Shown: positions 11,918 through 26,007, numbered from the stretch's first letter. The stretch: DNA of 64,000 bases from Raja brachyura (GCA_963514005.1 OY740781.1:30132001-30196000); one strand, 5' to 3'. Numbers and translations: made by a program. The notes: generated by a model not told the origin, from the sequence alone.

Positions 11918-14790
11918 GCTCTGATTTATAAAGGCCAGCACACCAAAAGCTTTCTTTACCAACCTATCTACATGCGATTCCACCTTCAGGGAACTATGCA
12001 CAGTTATTCCTAGATCCCTCTGTTCCACAGCTTTCCTCAATTCCCTACCATTTACCATGTACGTCCTATTTTGATTTGTCCTGCCAAGATGTAGCACCTC
12101 ACACTTATCAGCATTAAACTCCATCTGCCTTCTTTCAGCCCACTCTTCCAAATGTCCCAAATCTCTCTGTAGACTTTGAAAATCTACTTCATTATCCATA
12201 GCACCACCTATCTTAGTATCATCTGCATACTTACTTATCCAATTTTCCACCCCATCATCCAGATCATTGATGTACATGACAAACAACAGTGGACCCAACA
12301 CAGATCCCTGAGGCACCCCACTGGTCACCGGCTTCCACCCTGACAAACAGTCATCCACCATTACTCTCTGGCATCTCCCATTCAGCCACTGTTGAATCCA
12401 TCTTGCTACTCCGCCATTAACACCCAAAGATTGAACCTTCTTAACCAACCTTCCATGGGGAACCTTGTCAAAGGCCTTACTGAAATCCATATAGACAACA
12501 TCCACTGCTTTACCCTCATCAATTTCCCCAGTAACCTCTTCAAAAAATTCAAGAAGGTTTGTCAAACATGACCTTCCAGGCACAAATCCATGTTGACTGT
12601 TCTTGATCAGACCCTGTTTATCCAGATGCTTATATATATTATCTCTAAGTATCCTTTCCATTAATTTGCCCACCACTGACTTCAAACTAACAGGTCTATA
12701 ATTGCTTCATTCTTTCAACCCTTTTTAAACAATGGAACAACATGCGCAGTACGCCAATCCTCCGGCACTATTCCCGTTTCTAATGACATTTGAAATATTC
12801 CTGTCATAGCCCCTGCTATTTCTACACTAACTTCCCTCAATGTCCTAGGGAATATCCTGTCAGGACCTGGAGACTTATCCACTTTTATATTTTTCAAAAG
12901 TGTCAGTACTTCCTCCTCTTTGAATCTCATAGTTTCCATAGCTACTCTACTTTTTTCCCTTACCTCACAGAGTTCAATATCCTTCTCCTTGGTGAATACC
13001 GAAGAAAATAAATTGTTCAATATCTCCCCCATCTCTTTTGGCTCTGCAGATAGCCGTCCATTCTGGCTCTCTAATGGTCCAATTTTATCCCTCGTTATCC
13101 TTTTGCTATTAATATAGCTGTAGAAACCCTTTGGATTTACTTTCACCTTTCTTGCCAAAGCAACCTCATATCTTCTTTTAGCTTTTCTTATTTCTTTCTT
13201 AAGATTCTTTTTACATTCTTTATACTCATCTTAGCACCTCATTTACTCCATGCCTCCTATTATTATTGTAGATATCTCTCTTTTTTCGAACCAAGTGCCC
13301 AATTTCCCTTGAAAACTATGGCTCCTTCCGATTTTTACCATTTCCTTTCAACCGAACAGGGACATAAAGATTCTGTACACTTACAATTTCCCCTTTAAAT
13401 GTCCTCCATTCTTCTTCTACATCCTTCCCATAAAACAAAATGTCCCAATTCACTCCTTTTAAATCATTACGCATTCCCTCAAAGTTAGCCTTTCTCCAAT
13501 CAAAAATCTCAACCCTAGGTCCAGTTCTGACTCTCTCCATAATTATATTGAAACTAATGGTATTGTGATCACTGGTCCTGAAGTGCTCACCAACGCATAC
13601 CTCCGTCACCTGACCTGCTTCATTTCCTAACAGGAGGTCAAGCACTGCCCCTTCTCTGGTCGATACCGCTATGTATTGCTGCAAAAAACTATCCTGCACA
13701 CATTTAACAAACTCCAAACCATCCAGGCCATTTACAGAATGTGTTTCCCAGTCTATTTTTGGAAATTTGAAATCTCCCACAATCACTACCTTGTGCTTAC
13801 TGCTAATATCTGCTATCTCCTTACAAATTAGCTCTTCCAATTCTCGCTCCCGATTTGGCGGTCTATAATACACCCCTAAAAGTGTTGCTACACCGTTCCC
13901 ACTTCTCAATTCCACCCAAATAGCCTCCCTAGACGAGCCCTCTAATCTATCCTGCCAAAGCACTGCTGTAATATCTTCTCTGACAAGCAATGCAACCCCT
14001 CCACCTCTGGTCCCTCCAATTCTATCACACCTGAAGCAACAAAATCCTGGAATATTTAGTTTCCAATCACAACCCTCCCACAACCATGTTTCACTGATTG
14101 CCACAACATCATATTTCCAGGTGTCAATCCAGGCTCTAAGTTCATCCACCTTTCTTACAATGCTCCTAGCATTAAAATATACACATTTTAGAAACCCACT
14201 ATCCCTTATTCTCTGTTTATTATCTTTTTCCTCTTTCCCGCCTACATTTTGGGTCCGAGTGCTTACCTTCTCTGCCTCTTGCCCCTCACCCTGTCCCCTA
14301 GCCCCCACTACCCGAGTCCCTCCCTCCAGCCTTTCTAGTTTAAAGTCTCCTTTGCAAATCTCCCCGCCAGGATATTGGTTCCCCTCGGGTTCAAGTGCAA
14401 CCCGTCCTTTTTATACAGATCATGCCTTCCCCAAAAGAGGTCCCAGTGATCAAGAAACTTGAATCCCTGCCCACTGCACCAGTCCCTCAACCACGCATTT
14501 ATCCTCCACCTCATTCCATTTCTACTCTCACTGTCACGTGGCACAGGAAGTAATCCTGAAATTGTTACTCTTTTGGTCTTCTCCTTAACTTTCCCCCCAA
14601 CTCCCTAAATTCTTCTTTCAGGACCTCTTCTCTTTTTCTGCCTATGTCATTGGTACCAATGTGTACCACAACATCAGGCTCCTCTCCCTCCCTTTTCAGA
14701 ATCTTTTCGACACGTCTGACACATCCGAGACCCTGGCACCAGGGAGGCAAACTACCATCCGGGTCTCCCGACTACGTCCACAGAATCGCC
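11918..14790 (-). mobile_element. CR1 LINE (ORF1 esterase remnant + ORF2 EN/RT), decayed
   Basis: VVHIGTND..DGLHLN (SGNH esterase); YFNARSI..SETWL..YYRPPN..GDF..SDH (APE); VPQGSVLGP..YADD (RT). Fragmented ORFs. Confidence 0.93.
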
Positions 14791-15204
14791 AAAATAAGTC
14801 TTTTGTCAGGAATTTACAGGTCCAGCATCACTCCGTTAGCTCAGCCAAATTTTAATTTTCATGCATCAACATGGCATTTAAATATTGGCAGGATATTCAG
14901 GCGTTTACAGAATCAAAGCAGAAGCCAATATCAAACACATACAAGCGGATACCAGCAGGGGTCATTGGGTGGCAGCAAAGAATGGAGTCCCTCATTTTAT
15001 TTCCATACAATTTCTGTCAATTGTGATGTCTCATCCACACTTTGTCAGTTAGTTATCAAGGATCACACACAGAACCATAAATACATTAATATTATAATAT
15101 GGTCAAATATCTATAGCAGCAAAGAACAATTAAGAATTTGAGACAATTTGTTTATTAACAATACTGTGCTCAATGAAAATAACCAAACTCCTTTTACTTA
15201 AAAA

Positions 15205-16334
15205 TTGTAACCCGCTTGCCCAACGCAATATTCCATCACTCAACCATAGCCCCCAATCACGCAGGCACGGTTCATTTCCCCTCATCACCAACATTCCCTC
15301 CCCCTCCTCTTCACCCTCCCTCTTCTCTCCCCTCACCTCCTCCCCTTCCTCCTTCATCTCTCCCTCCCTCTCCTTTCCCCTACCTTGTCACTCCCTCCCA
15401 TCCTCCATAACCCCTCTCCCCTCCCTACCCCCCTGATCCGTTGTGCCCCGTTCCCCAACGCAATATTCCACCACTCACCCATTTCCCCAACGCATCCCGT
15501 TTCCACCACTCATCTGTTCCCCCAACGTAATCCGTTCCCCCAACGTAATCAATCCTTCCCACGTTGGGGGGGGGGGGGGGGGGGGGCAGTCGGCGCTTCC
15601 CGGAGCCAATGAATGGATTCCATTTTTGGGTCAGCGACAGCGCTCCCTTGAGCCACGTGGGGGGAGAAGCGGCAAAAATCTCACCCTCTCCTTACTCCCC
15701 TTGAAGCTGCTGATCCCAGTGTCTCTCTGTCACGTCTCCCTCCCTCGCCTTTTCCCTACCCTCAGTCACTCCCTCCCTCACCTCTCCCCTTTCGCACTCC
15801 CCCACTAAACACAATGTTTAAATAACATTTCTTCTCCTCCCATCCCCCACTCCGTCAACTTTCATAGCTTGTGTATTGGCAGTAGAGATCACATTGTGAT
15901 GTCATTGTCGTTGTCAGAATCTTCACGGCAGCTTGTGTAAATGAGATCCCATTGTGATTGGACAACTGTGAGATGCTATTGTGACATCATCACTGGAAGC
16001 TGCTAGAAAAGTTTCCCATTCACAGGCAGTTACTATTTTCAAAAGTTGGCTTTTTTTAGACTTTAAATATCAATCACTTGTGAAATATAACATCAAATGT
16101 GAAGAAAGTTGATACTAACGGGCACGGGAAAAAGCCGAGTAAGATTCTGCAAAAATGTTTGCGCTATTGTATACCATTTTGGNNNNNNNNNNNNNNNNNN
16201 NNNNNNNNNNNNNNNNNNNNNNNNNNNNNNNNNNNNNNNNNNNNNNNNNNNNNNNNNNNNNNNNNNNNNNNNNNNNNNNNNNNNNNNNNNNNNNNNNNNN
16301 NNNNNNNNNNNNNNNNNNNTAGTATATATATAGA
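15205..16334 (-). mobile_element. Non-autonomous Helitron-like element (3'-truncated, spans assembly gap)
   Basis: Minus strand starts TCTATATATATACTA at 16334. 15207-15255 is the reverse complement of the subterminal region of the Helitron-like element ending at 43508. Confidence 0.5.
16183..16319. other. Assembly gap (N run)
   Basis: 137 N characters. Confidence 0.99.
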
Positions 16335-17833
16335 AAGATTGGATAGATATAACCATCTGCATAGTGGATTAAGGACATTAAAGTATCCTGCAGATAGTGG
16401 CAAGAGCATTGAATAGATGACAATAATATCAATGAATAAGTCAAAGAGTCATGCAGCACGGACACAGGCTCTTCAGCCCAACTTGCCATTTACCTAGCTA
16501 ACGTCTAGCACCATCTACTGCAAACATTATGTACAAAAATAAGGAGCCTATCCAACTGAGATGAGTATGAGGAAGTTTATTGCAGATTTATTGCAAAAAT
16601 ACCTGGCATTTTGTGATTAAAAATAAAATGCATGAAAAAATGAATTGCTTTCTCAAGTAATGCAGTGCTATCTTTCCGCATATACAGTTAAAGAATGTTT
16701 AAAGAGTGCTGTTTAAATTGTGATCCAGTGCCCTCCCAAATGCTTAGCACCTTGTGTTTTGGTGAACCAACATCTGCGGTTCCTTGTGCCTGACTAAATT
16801 AAGTGATCTGGTGATGCATTTTAGATTTAGATTTTTTGCATCCTTATTTTTCTGGTGTCCCTTTATGCTTTTTTATTATCATAAGGTCAAAGGTCTTTGT
16901 TATCAAGTTAATGGCCACACAAGTGTTGCATCATTGGAATATAACTGACTGGAATATTATAAAAAGCTGATAACTTTAACCAGTCTCCTTTAGATATTCC
17001 TGATCTATTATTTTCATAATTTTCTGTTTTAATTCAGATTTCCAGTATCCATGATACTTTATTTTTATATTATGTTAATTGCTTTTCCTAGATTACGCAC
17101 GTCTCTATCTCATTATAAAATAATTCTCACTTCCTATCATTGTTCTGATCTTCATTTGGGCTGTATTTGGTTGCACTAATAGACTTTTGCACTATTATGC
17201 ATACCTGGTATCATGGATAATTAATTGTATTTTTGATTATTATATATTTACCTGTGTGTTAGTGCATTTGCAGGCCTGTTGGGCCTATTGCATTTGCGGG
17301 CTGCAGCAAGAAAGAATTGCATTGCAAGAAGGAATGGGATAATCCAGAGATGCTGACTGTCCCGCTGAGTTATTCCAGCATTTTGTGTCTACCTTTGATT
17401 TAAACCAGCATCTGCAGTTCTATCCTTTGCATTGCTCTGTTGCGAGTACACATGACAATTAAACACTCTTGACTTTCTTTATGGTTGTTGCTAAAATTGA
17501 TTTTTTCAAGCACAAAAACATGGTCCAACCAAAGACTTGAATAGATTTGTAGGCAAGTCCTTATTTCAAAATTGTTTTTTAAAACCTAGAATATAATTTG
17601 GCCTTTTTATTTGCAATCCTGAATATTCCTAGTTCAGGCACCAAAAAAAAGGAATGGTTTCCACCATTTTAAGAATGTACCCTTCTAGATACATGGTTAT
17701 TTTGCTCAATTTCCTCTAATAGATTAATATTGGTTTCAAGATCAGGGTGAAAGATTTACCGCTCACACTGACACAATTCTTTTAAGCTAGATCTTAGAAG
17801 TTAATTTAAAAAGTTTGAATAAAAATTACATAC

Positions 17834-17959
17834 CATTGTCCTTGCATTAAATAATTGTATATTACACTCTCCCGAATGATCTCTTTCTGGAATAGTTGGT
17901 ACGACAGTAGAACTAAAAGTGTGGTCACAGATTCAAGAAGAATGCTATACGTAATATCT
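17834..17959 (-). CDS. DYM: Dymeclin coding exon (126 bp)
   Basis: ttgcAG acceptor, GTatgt donor. Encodes [41 protein letters not shown]; phase 2 on both sides fits the flanking exons. Confidence 0.95.
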
Positions 17960-19370
17960 CTGCAAGCAAAAACAAAACAAGTTTAAATCAGCAGAAGTTT
18001 GTTGTAAGTAAATTTACATTAACCATCAAAACCCATTAAAGGGAAAACAGATAGCTCAATTTCACTTTTCAACTGATAAAGCATTGATTGTATTATTTAG
18101 AGCAAGACAACTGATATATTTTAACACAGCAATGTCTATCAAATCCAGCAGCAAGAGGAATATAGCTGACATTAACCATGCAAGAAAAATTGGAAAGAGA
18201 TTGTAGTAGAGGTCGCTTATGTAATTATCACTGGAAGAACCTACGTAGATACAAATTTAGGCTGCACAGCGTTATAGTCATTGCCTATGAGATGCATCCT
18301 GGGAGAATAGACTACCTTTCTTAGTTTAATTAACAACCAAAATGTTACCTTTATCCATCATATCACACATTTCATTCTGATCCAATTCAGGGTTTACTTC
18401 TTCAATATCCTTATTTCAGTATACAATAACATATGATTCAGATATGAATGCAGTTGTTTGATCTTCCACATACACTTTTATCACACTCTTCTCTTATATT
18501 CTCCTTTGATTTTTCATTAAACCTTGTAATTCTCAAAACATTTCAATTTTAATCTTTAATGTATGATTTCCAATGATTATTGACAGCTTATTTCAATAAT
18601 AGAATACATTTATGCACTATATTTGCCACCAGTTTCCTGAAAAAGAGTGGATTGTTAACATCACTAAGGATAGGAGAAAGTGGAGAAGATTAGGGAATTG
18701 AAAAGATCTGACATAAAATACACAAAGTACTGCAGTAACTCAGTAATTCAACCGGTATCTCTGGAATATGGATAGGCGACATTTCGGATTTGGACTTTTC
18801 TTCAGACTAGTCATACTGTGTGGAAACAGGCCCTTCGGCCCAGCTTACCCACACCGACCAACATGTCCCAGCTACATTAGTCCCACCTGCAAGCATTTGG
18901 TCCATATCCCTCCAAACCTGTCCTATCCATGTGCCTGTCTAACTGTTTCTTAAATGTTGGGATAGTCCCTCCCTGAACTAGCTCTTCTGGCAGCTTGTTC
19001 CATACATCCACCACACTTTGTATGAAAAGGGTGCACATCTTAAAACTTTGCCTCTTTCATCTTCAAGCTATGACTTAAAGTTAATTCTCCTCCTCTTTCC
19101 AACTCGACTGCAAAATCTCCTCAAGCCATGCCTATTTTTAAGAACTTCCCCATCTCTCTCCAATGAGTCCGAAAGAGGAACATGACCCAAAACATTGTCT
19201 TTCCTGGTTCTCCAGAGATGCTGCCATATCTGTGGGGTTACTCCAGCACTTTGTGCTTTTTTTGTGAACCTTTATCTGTAGTTCATTGTGTCTCAACCTT
19301 TGACATAATCAGTATAGAATATCCAGTTCAATCCATCAGCACATATAACACATAATATATACATAATGAA

Positions 19371-19488
19371 TCTGAAGAAGGGTCTCGATCCGAAACATCA
19401 CCCACTCCTTCTCTCCAGAGATGCTGCCTGCCCCGCTGAGTTACTCCAGTATTTTGTGCCTACCTGTGATTTAAACCAGCATCTGCAG
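19371..19488 (+). mobile_element. Penelope-like pLTR fragment with decayed hammerhead core (continues at 20331)
   Basis: TCTGAAGAAGGGTCTCGATCCGAAACATC followed by CTCCAGAGATGCTGCC..GCTGAGTTACTCCAG. Confidence 0.75.
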
Positions 19489-20325
19489 GTGGTTCCAGGT
19501 GGCGCGACCGATGTTGCAGTGGCCACTGCAGTCCGTCTGTCTTTTTTTATTTTTTGTCCCGTTGAGTGTATAGTTTGTAGTGTTTTTTTTATTGTTCTCA
19601 ACTGTGTATGTGTGGGAGGCGGGGGGGGTCTTTTAAATCTCTTCCTTGCACCGGAGACCCGACCTTTTCCCTGTCGGGTCTCCGTTGTCGTTGGGGCCTA
19701 ACACCGTGGAGCGGCCTCCAACCGGAACGACCTGGGGGCTCCAGTCGCGGAGCCTGCGGAATCACCATCATGGAGCTGGCCGGCTTCGGAGCGTGGAGAG
19801 CTGTGGTGGCGCGCGGCTGCGACCTGACTCTGGAGCTTCGGAGGCTCCGGCCGCTGGTCTAGTGGACAGTGACATCGGGAGCTCGTAGGTCCCTGGTGGG
19901 AGACCTCTTTTCGGAGCTCCCGCAATGGCAACTTCTCCCGCCCGAGTTGCGGGGTTGAAAATGATCTGGAGCAGGGCCTTACATCGCCCGGCGCGGCTTA
20001 AACGGCCACGGGAATTGCTAGCGCCGCAAGTGGCTCCAACATCAAGACCCGGAGCGGGGCCTTACATCGCCTGGCGATGGCCGCGGGACTTGCCATCACC
20101 CGCCGGGGGCTTTGACATCGGGAAAAGAATGGAGAGCAGGGGAGAGACAAGACTTTGCCGTCCATCACAGTGAGGAGGAGATTCACTGTGATGGATGTTT
20201 GTGTAAATTGTGTTGGTTGTGTGTCTTGGTTCTTTTCTTGTTGTATGACTGCAGAAACCAAATTTCGTTTGAACTTCAAACTTCCATTTGAGGTTCAAAT
20301 GACAATAAACGGTATTGTATTGTAT
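19489..20325 (+). mobile_element. Non-autonomous GC-rich retroelement with (GTATT)n tail and TGCAG TSD
   Basis: TGCAG at 19484-19488 and 20326-20330; hairpin CCATCACAGTGA/TCACTGTGATGG; GACAATAAA before the microsatellite tail. Confidence 0.7.
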
Positions 20326-20437
20326 TGCAGTTCTTTCCTGCATATAATTAAGCTATTTTACATTGATTTTCAGCTATATTATTGCTTATTTGATTTTCTC
20401 AGCTGTTATCATTATTGAATCCAGCAAAATGTATTTG

Positions 20438-22190
20438 TAGACACAAGGAACTGCAGATGCTGGTTTATTTTTAAAAAAAGATACAAAGTGCTGGAGTAAC
20501 CCAGCAAATCAGGCAGCATCTCTGGAGAACGTGGATTGGTGATGTTTCGGATTGGGACCCTTCTTCAAGCTGATTATTGTAAGGGAGAGAAAGCTGGAAG
20601 AGAGGCGAGAACACAATAACATCAGGCAAGTGATAGGTGGATACCGGTGAGGTGGGTTTTAATTGGCAGGTGGGTGTACAAAGGCCAGAAGGGGAAGAAG
20701 ACAAAGGCTGTGAGAAAAGGCGAGCGTATAGTCCAAATGTGAAGCCAGCAAAAGGTATATATGAAAGGGGACACGTTATGGGAATGGTAGGGGTATTATT
20801 GGAGAAACGGGTGCACATCCAGGTGGAAATCAGAGGGGGTGGGGTTGTAGTAGCTGAGTTACATCAAATTGGAGAGTTCAATGCTCACACCTTTGGGATG
20901 GAAGTTACCCAAGTGGAATAGAAGGTCCTGTTCTTCCGTTTTGCATGTTGCCTCATTCTAACAAAGGAGGAGGCACAGGACAGAAAGGTCGTAATGAGAA
21001 TGGGAAGAGGAGTTAAGTGGGAAGAGGACTGCACCAAATGCAGCAGATGAGGTCGGAGGAGGAGCATGTGAACCTCTGTCTCTCCTGGAATGGCTGCTGG
21101 GATTCTTGGATGGATATGACAGAGGAAATAAAGGGCCATGTTACATCTCTAGCACTTCCAGGGGTGGTTTGGGTGAAAGGGGATGGGTGAAGGAAGGAGT
21201 TGCGGAGGGAGCGAGTTTCTGCGGAAAGCAGAAAGGGGTGGGGGAGAGAAAATGTGATTGGTGGTGGGATCATGTTTAAAATGGTGGAAAAATCGATGAA
21301 CAACCTGTTTGATACAGAGGTGGTTGGGGAAAGATATGGACCAGGGGATCAAGATCCATATTCCGTCTAGGAAGAGGGGGGAAGCGAGAGCAGAACTACG
21401 GGACACAGAGAGGTCTGTGAGGGATCCCTCCACAACAGCAGGGGGTAGGAAACCATGTTTTCTAAAGAAAGAAGACATCTGTGATGTCAGTCAGTCAGTG
21501 CCTATTATGCCTCCTGGCATGTAGGGCAGCAACGAAGGTCCTCCGCTCAGTAGTGTTGATTCCTTCAGTTGCTGTTTCCGTAACATATTTGTTTTACGAG
21601 ACAGGGTTGTTAGCCCTGTGCTCAACCTCCAACCTGGAGGACCAGTGGATCGCTCTTCGTCTCGCCTCTACCCTTCGACCTGTCCAGCATGGGGGACCCT
21701 AACAGGGGACAAATCTCCTGCTGGCATAGCTCTAGGGGTCACTGTGACACACAAGCTCCCCGACCACGACAAGGTTGCAACCAACGGGGAGCTTACATCT
21801 GTGATGTCCTAGAGTGGAAAGTCTCATCTTGGGTGTAGATGTGGCAGATGCAGAGAAATTGAGAATAGAGGCAGGGTGGGAGGAGGTGTAGTCCAGATAA
21901 GATGTGGATCAGGGGTATATAGTGGACGCTAATTGTTAGTCTGTCCCTTGGTAATGGAGACAGAGATATCAACAAAGGGGTGAGAGGTGTCAGGGACAGT
22001 CCAAGTGAATTTGAGCACATGGTGGAAGTTAGTGGTTAAAGTTAATAAAATCAACTCTAGTTCTACACGAGTACAGGAGGCAGCCCGATAAGAGGCTGAC
22101 GTAGAGGAGTAAGTGTTGAGCAGTGGTGCCAGTGTATGTTTGGAACAAGGATTGTTCAACGTAACCAACAAAAAGGCCAGCAGAGATGGG
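20438..22190 (-). mobile_element. Penelope-like element (RT/GIY-YIG remnants + 3' pLTR), decayed
   Basis: LKFTWT..PFVDISVSI, YSQFL and MSSFFRKHGFLP remnants; QERQRFTCSSSDLICCIWC (GIY-YIG-proximal); pLTR with degenerate hammerhead at ~20541-20568. Confidence 0.8.
21489..21794 (-). mobile_element. Bipartite RTE-derived short element (RTE 5'UTR + 3' end)
   Basis: 14-bp TSD ACATCTGTGATGTC (21475-21488, 21795-21808); head CAACCTTGTCGTGGT..GAGCTATGCC as in RTE 5'UTRs; tail RTFVAALHARRHNRH* + (CTGA)n. Confidence 0.8.
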
Positions 22191-22969
22191 GCCCCTGCAA
22201 AATAATCTGACGTTGCATCAACTGCCCAAAGTCTCGTGTGAAGAGCTAGTAATCTGTCAGTACAAAACTGCAATAAAAGGGCTTCAATCTGGATACACCT
22301 CAAAATTATCCCCTTGCTGCAATGGCTGAAGAAGGAGTATTATCATAATTCTGTTAAAAAAGTTAAAATAATGGCTGATCAAACTAAGCTTAAAGAGTAA
22401 TAAAACAAAACACACATATTTTTGCTGCAACAATCAAATACTGTTGTCTAACTTCCATATCATCAAGCACTTCCCAAATCAGAGTTTTCTTTGTGTCCAG
22501 TTTCAAAGGTTAATGAAGAAACATGTGTACAATTGCAGAATTATGCCAAAGGATTAATTCTAAATAAATAAATTTACAAAATCACACAGGAACCAGATTT
22601 TATGGTCATCCTTCCTGAAGGCCAATTACTAGAGTAAAAGGTTAACTACGAGTTGAAGCAAGGGATTTGGTTCCCTCCAAGTGTTAAACATCAATTAATA
22701 TTTAATAAGAAACAGGAAATGATGCCTGTTTAAAGAGAGAAAAGCTTTTCCTCTGTTGGCAGTGCATGTCAATCTAGGTTACCATAGTGATTGAGGCCTC
22801 CAAGCTCAAAATTAGTCAATTATTAGAATTTATTTACTCTGAAAGGATACAGTACTTTTAGAATGGGAAGAAGAAAGCATTAACAAACCATTAAACCTTT
22901 TACACTAACAGTTTCTTTGATGGATGAGTTGTACCAGAGCAGAATGGACTCGCGTACTATTAAATTAGG

Positions 22970-23620
22970 ATAGAAACATAGAAATTAGGTGCAGGAGTAG
23001 GCCATTCGGCCCTTCGAGCCTGCACCGCCATTCAATATGATCATGGCTGATCATCCAACTCAGTATCCCGTACCTGCCTTCTCTCCATACCCTCTGATCC
23101 CCTTAGCCACAAGGGCCACATCTAACTCCCTCTTAAATATAGCCAATGAACTGGCCTCAACTACCCTCTGTGGCAGAGAGTTCCAGAGACCCACCACTCT
23201 CTGTGTGAAAAAAGTCCTTCTCATCTCGGTCCTAAAGGATTTCCCCCTTATCCTTAAGCTGTGACCCCTTGTCCTGGACCTCCCCAACATCGGGAACAAT
23301 CTTCCTGCATCTAGCCTGTCCAACCCCTTAAGAATTTTGTACGTTTTTATAAGATTCCCTCTCAATCTCCTAAATTCTAGAGAGTATAAACCGAGTCTAT
23401 GCAGTCTTTGTTCATAAGACAGTCCTGACATCCCAGGAATCAGTCTGGTGAACCTTCTCTGCACTCCCTCTATGGCAATAATGTCCTTCCTCAGATTTGG
23501 AGACCAGAACTGTACGCAATACTCCAGGTGTGGCCTCACCAAGACCCTATACAACTGAAGTAGAACCTCCCTGCTCCTATACTCAAATCCTTTTGCTATG
23601 AAAGCTAACATACCATTCCA
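22970..23620 (-). mobile_element. CR1 3' fragment
   Basis: LVRPHLEYCVQFWSP..RTRGHSL..WNSLP; TTTCTATG tail. Confidence 0.92.
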
Positions 23621-25606
23621 TAGCATGTTATTAAACATGTTATTAGTTAATCACTGTACGATGCCCTTCTCCTCCGTGAATGCAGATTAGAAGTATTAAT
23701 TTAATAACTCACTTACATTATCTGGCTCCATAGACAGACTGCCCTGTTGGTCAACAAACCTACTATTTCCATTTCTCTTCTTGCCTTTAATATATACGGT
23801 TCTTTAAAATATTTGTTCATGTCCTCCAATGATATTTTGTAATGCCTTCCCCACTGGTATTTCTCTATACTTGCCACATGCTTCCTTTTTTCCTCTCAAT
23901 ATCCCTTTTCGTCCTGGGCTCCTTGAAACAAGTTGTTTGGGATCAGATTGGGCCTCAACTCTCACTAATTCAATTTTGAATGATTCCCATTTGTAGGCCC
24001 AGTAGCTCCAAATATAGTTTTTCCAGATTCAGTTTTGTGATACTGAAATTGTCCTTCCCCCAATTCAGGATCTTAATATTCAGTCCATCCTTATCCTTAT
24101 CCTTTTCCACCTTCAAGGTAGTTATGGTCCCAATAACCAAAATGCTCTTCTACTGACACCCCACCCCTCCTTGCCTGGCTACATTCCTAAATATTATGTG
24201 ATTCTCTATTAGGACTATCCTCATATTAAAAAGGTTTCCTGGATGCACTTTAAAAACTTATCCTCAGCTAAAACCTTTCACATTGAAGCAATCCCAATTA
24301 ATACTGGGAAAGTTGAAATCCCTGGCCACCACAATTCTATTATTCTTACACGTCTCTGTGACCTCTGCGCGCACACACAGTGGAATTGCAAATTTGAGAT
24401 TTTCAAAGCAAAAGATGTATCTAGATCTGCCACTTTGCTAGCCACATTCAGTGGAGATCTCTTCACTTCAACAATATTCAGCACTGATTTTGAAAGGGAT
24501 CCTTGACTTGCAGGTTATGGCACAATCATTAAAGGAAGCAATTTTTCATTATTTCCTTAAAAAAAAGTAAAATGTTTCTGAACATCACAGATATTTAAAT
24601 ATTCTTAAATTCAGCAGCAGATCTGAAAGAAGACTGAGTCCTGTCCCTAACTTTGCATTCTGTCAAAGGTGAATTCCAGGTACTGGGTCTCAGCACAATG
24701 TTGCCTGTGCCCAGTTACTGCAGAAAACTCTCTAACAAGTCAGTTTTGGTCTCAGAATGCCATATCAAATAATCAGTTCCGACAAAGAGTAAACTGCCTC
24801 AAAACCTAACTCTCTCTTCCCAAAGATGCAGCCTAAACTGCTGAGTACAGTAAGTTCGCGTTTTTACAGACGTCTTTATAAAGGGGGGGGGAAACAAAGA
24901 TAAAGATGGGCTGAAAGGATTCCCTCCTCATTACTGTTGGGGCGATCACTCGGCCTGAACATCCCGTTCACTTTGAACACAAATAATATTTTGGCTGGCT
25001 TGCAGTTTGATGAACTCAAGTTGGCTGATCATTTTTTAATGTTGAAGTTGGAGGGGGGAGGGAAAACAAAGGGGGACCTGGCAGATACTTTGTACCTTGT
25101 TAACCGCCCTTTAAGTAGCGACTATTTGCATTCCTTGTGTACGCAAGCAAAGGATTTCACTGTGACTTGTCACATGTGACAATAAAGTATTCCTTCATTC
25201 ATTCATTCGTTTTTAAGAGCGGATATTATTCTGGACACTATGAATGACACCTGGGAAGACAGACAGGACCTAGGTTTAATGCCACTAAGGCAGTACAGCA
25301 CCAATTCAGATGTGCCCATTTGATGTTTATGCTTAAGTAAAAATTAGGAAACGGAACATTCTATCTAAGGCAAGGGTGTTATCAGTTACAGCAGAGGTGA
25401 TGTTGTTCTACGTTAAACTTGAATCTTGATTCTATGAGCAAGAATCTGATGCGCTAACCCAATGCATCCACCACAACCAGCAATAAACAGCATGGAGAAA
25501 AAGTGGTAAAATCAATTAGCTAGAATTTATGAACATCACTAAATATCAAATACATTTTAAACAAAACTATATGGATTGAGATAAATATGATAGCAAAAAA
25601 ACTTAC

Positions 25607-25679
25607 AACAATGGCATTTCGATAATCAGATGTACTAGGCTGCATATCAATCCCTCCAGGAGATCTTCTGGCTTGGACC
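25607..25679 (-). CDS. DYM: Dymeclin coding exon (73 bp)
   Basis: ttttacAG acceptor, GTaagt donor. Encodes GSKPEDLLEGLICSLVHLIIEMPLL (cf. recalled SEDLLEELLCCLMQLITDIPLL). Confidence 0.93.
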
Positions 25680-26007
25680 CTGTAAAAAAAAAGATTTAAA
25701 TAGACAAATGTGGGAACTGCAGTTACTTGATATGCAGTTACAGTGATGGATGATACGAAATGTTAAACTTGCAAACTCCCCACTGTCATTCCCCTTCACT
25801 TTCACCCAGAAAGCACACGTCTGAAGGGCATAGATTGGGGTCGACAATCAGAACCTTTTTCCCAGTGTGGAAATGTCAATTACTAGCAGGCAGAGTTATA
25901 AGGTGAGAGGGGGAATGTTTAAAAGGTGATGTGCATGGCAAGTTTGTTGTTGCACAGAGTGGTAGTGATAGAACATGCTGCAGGAGTGATATGAATCAGA
26001 TATGAAA

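Noticed and set aside
16093-16489. Several ORFs containing X runs
   Set aside because: They read through the assembly gap.
19165-19200. Additional hammerhead core
   Set aside because: The pLTR copy is too decayed (CCGAAAGA..CAAAAC); conserved catalytic nucleotides are lost.
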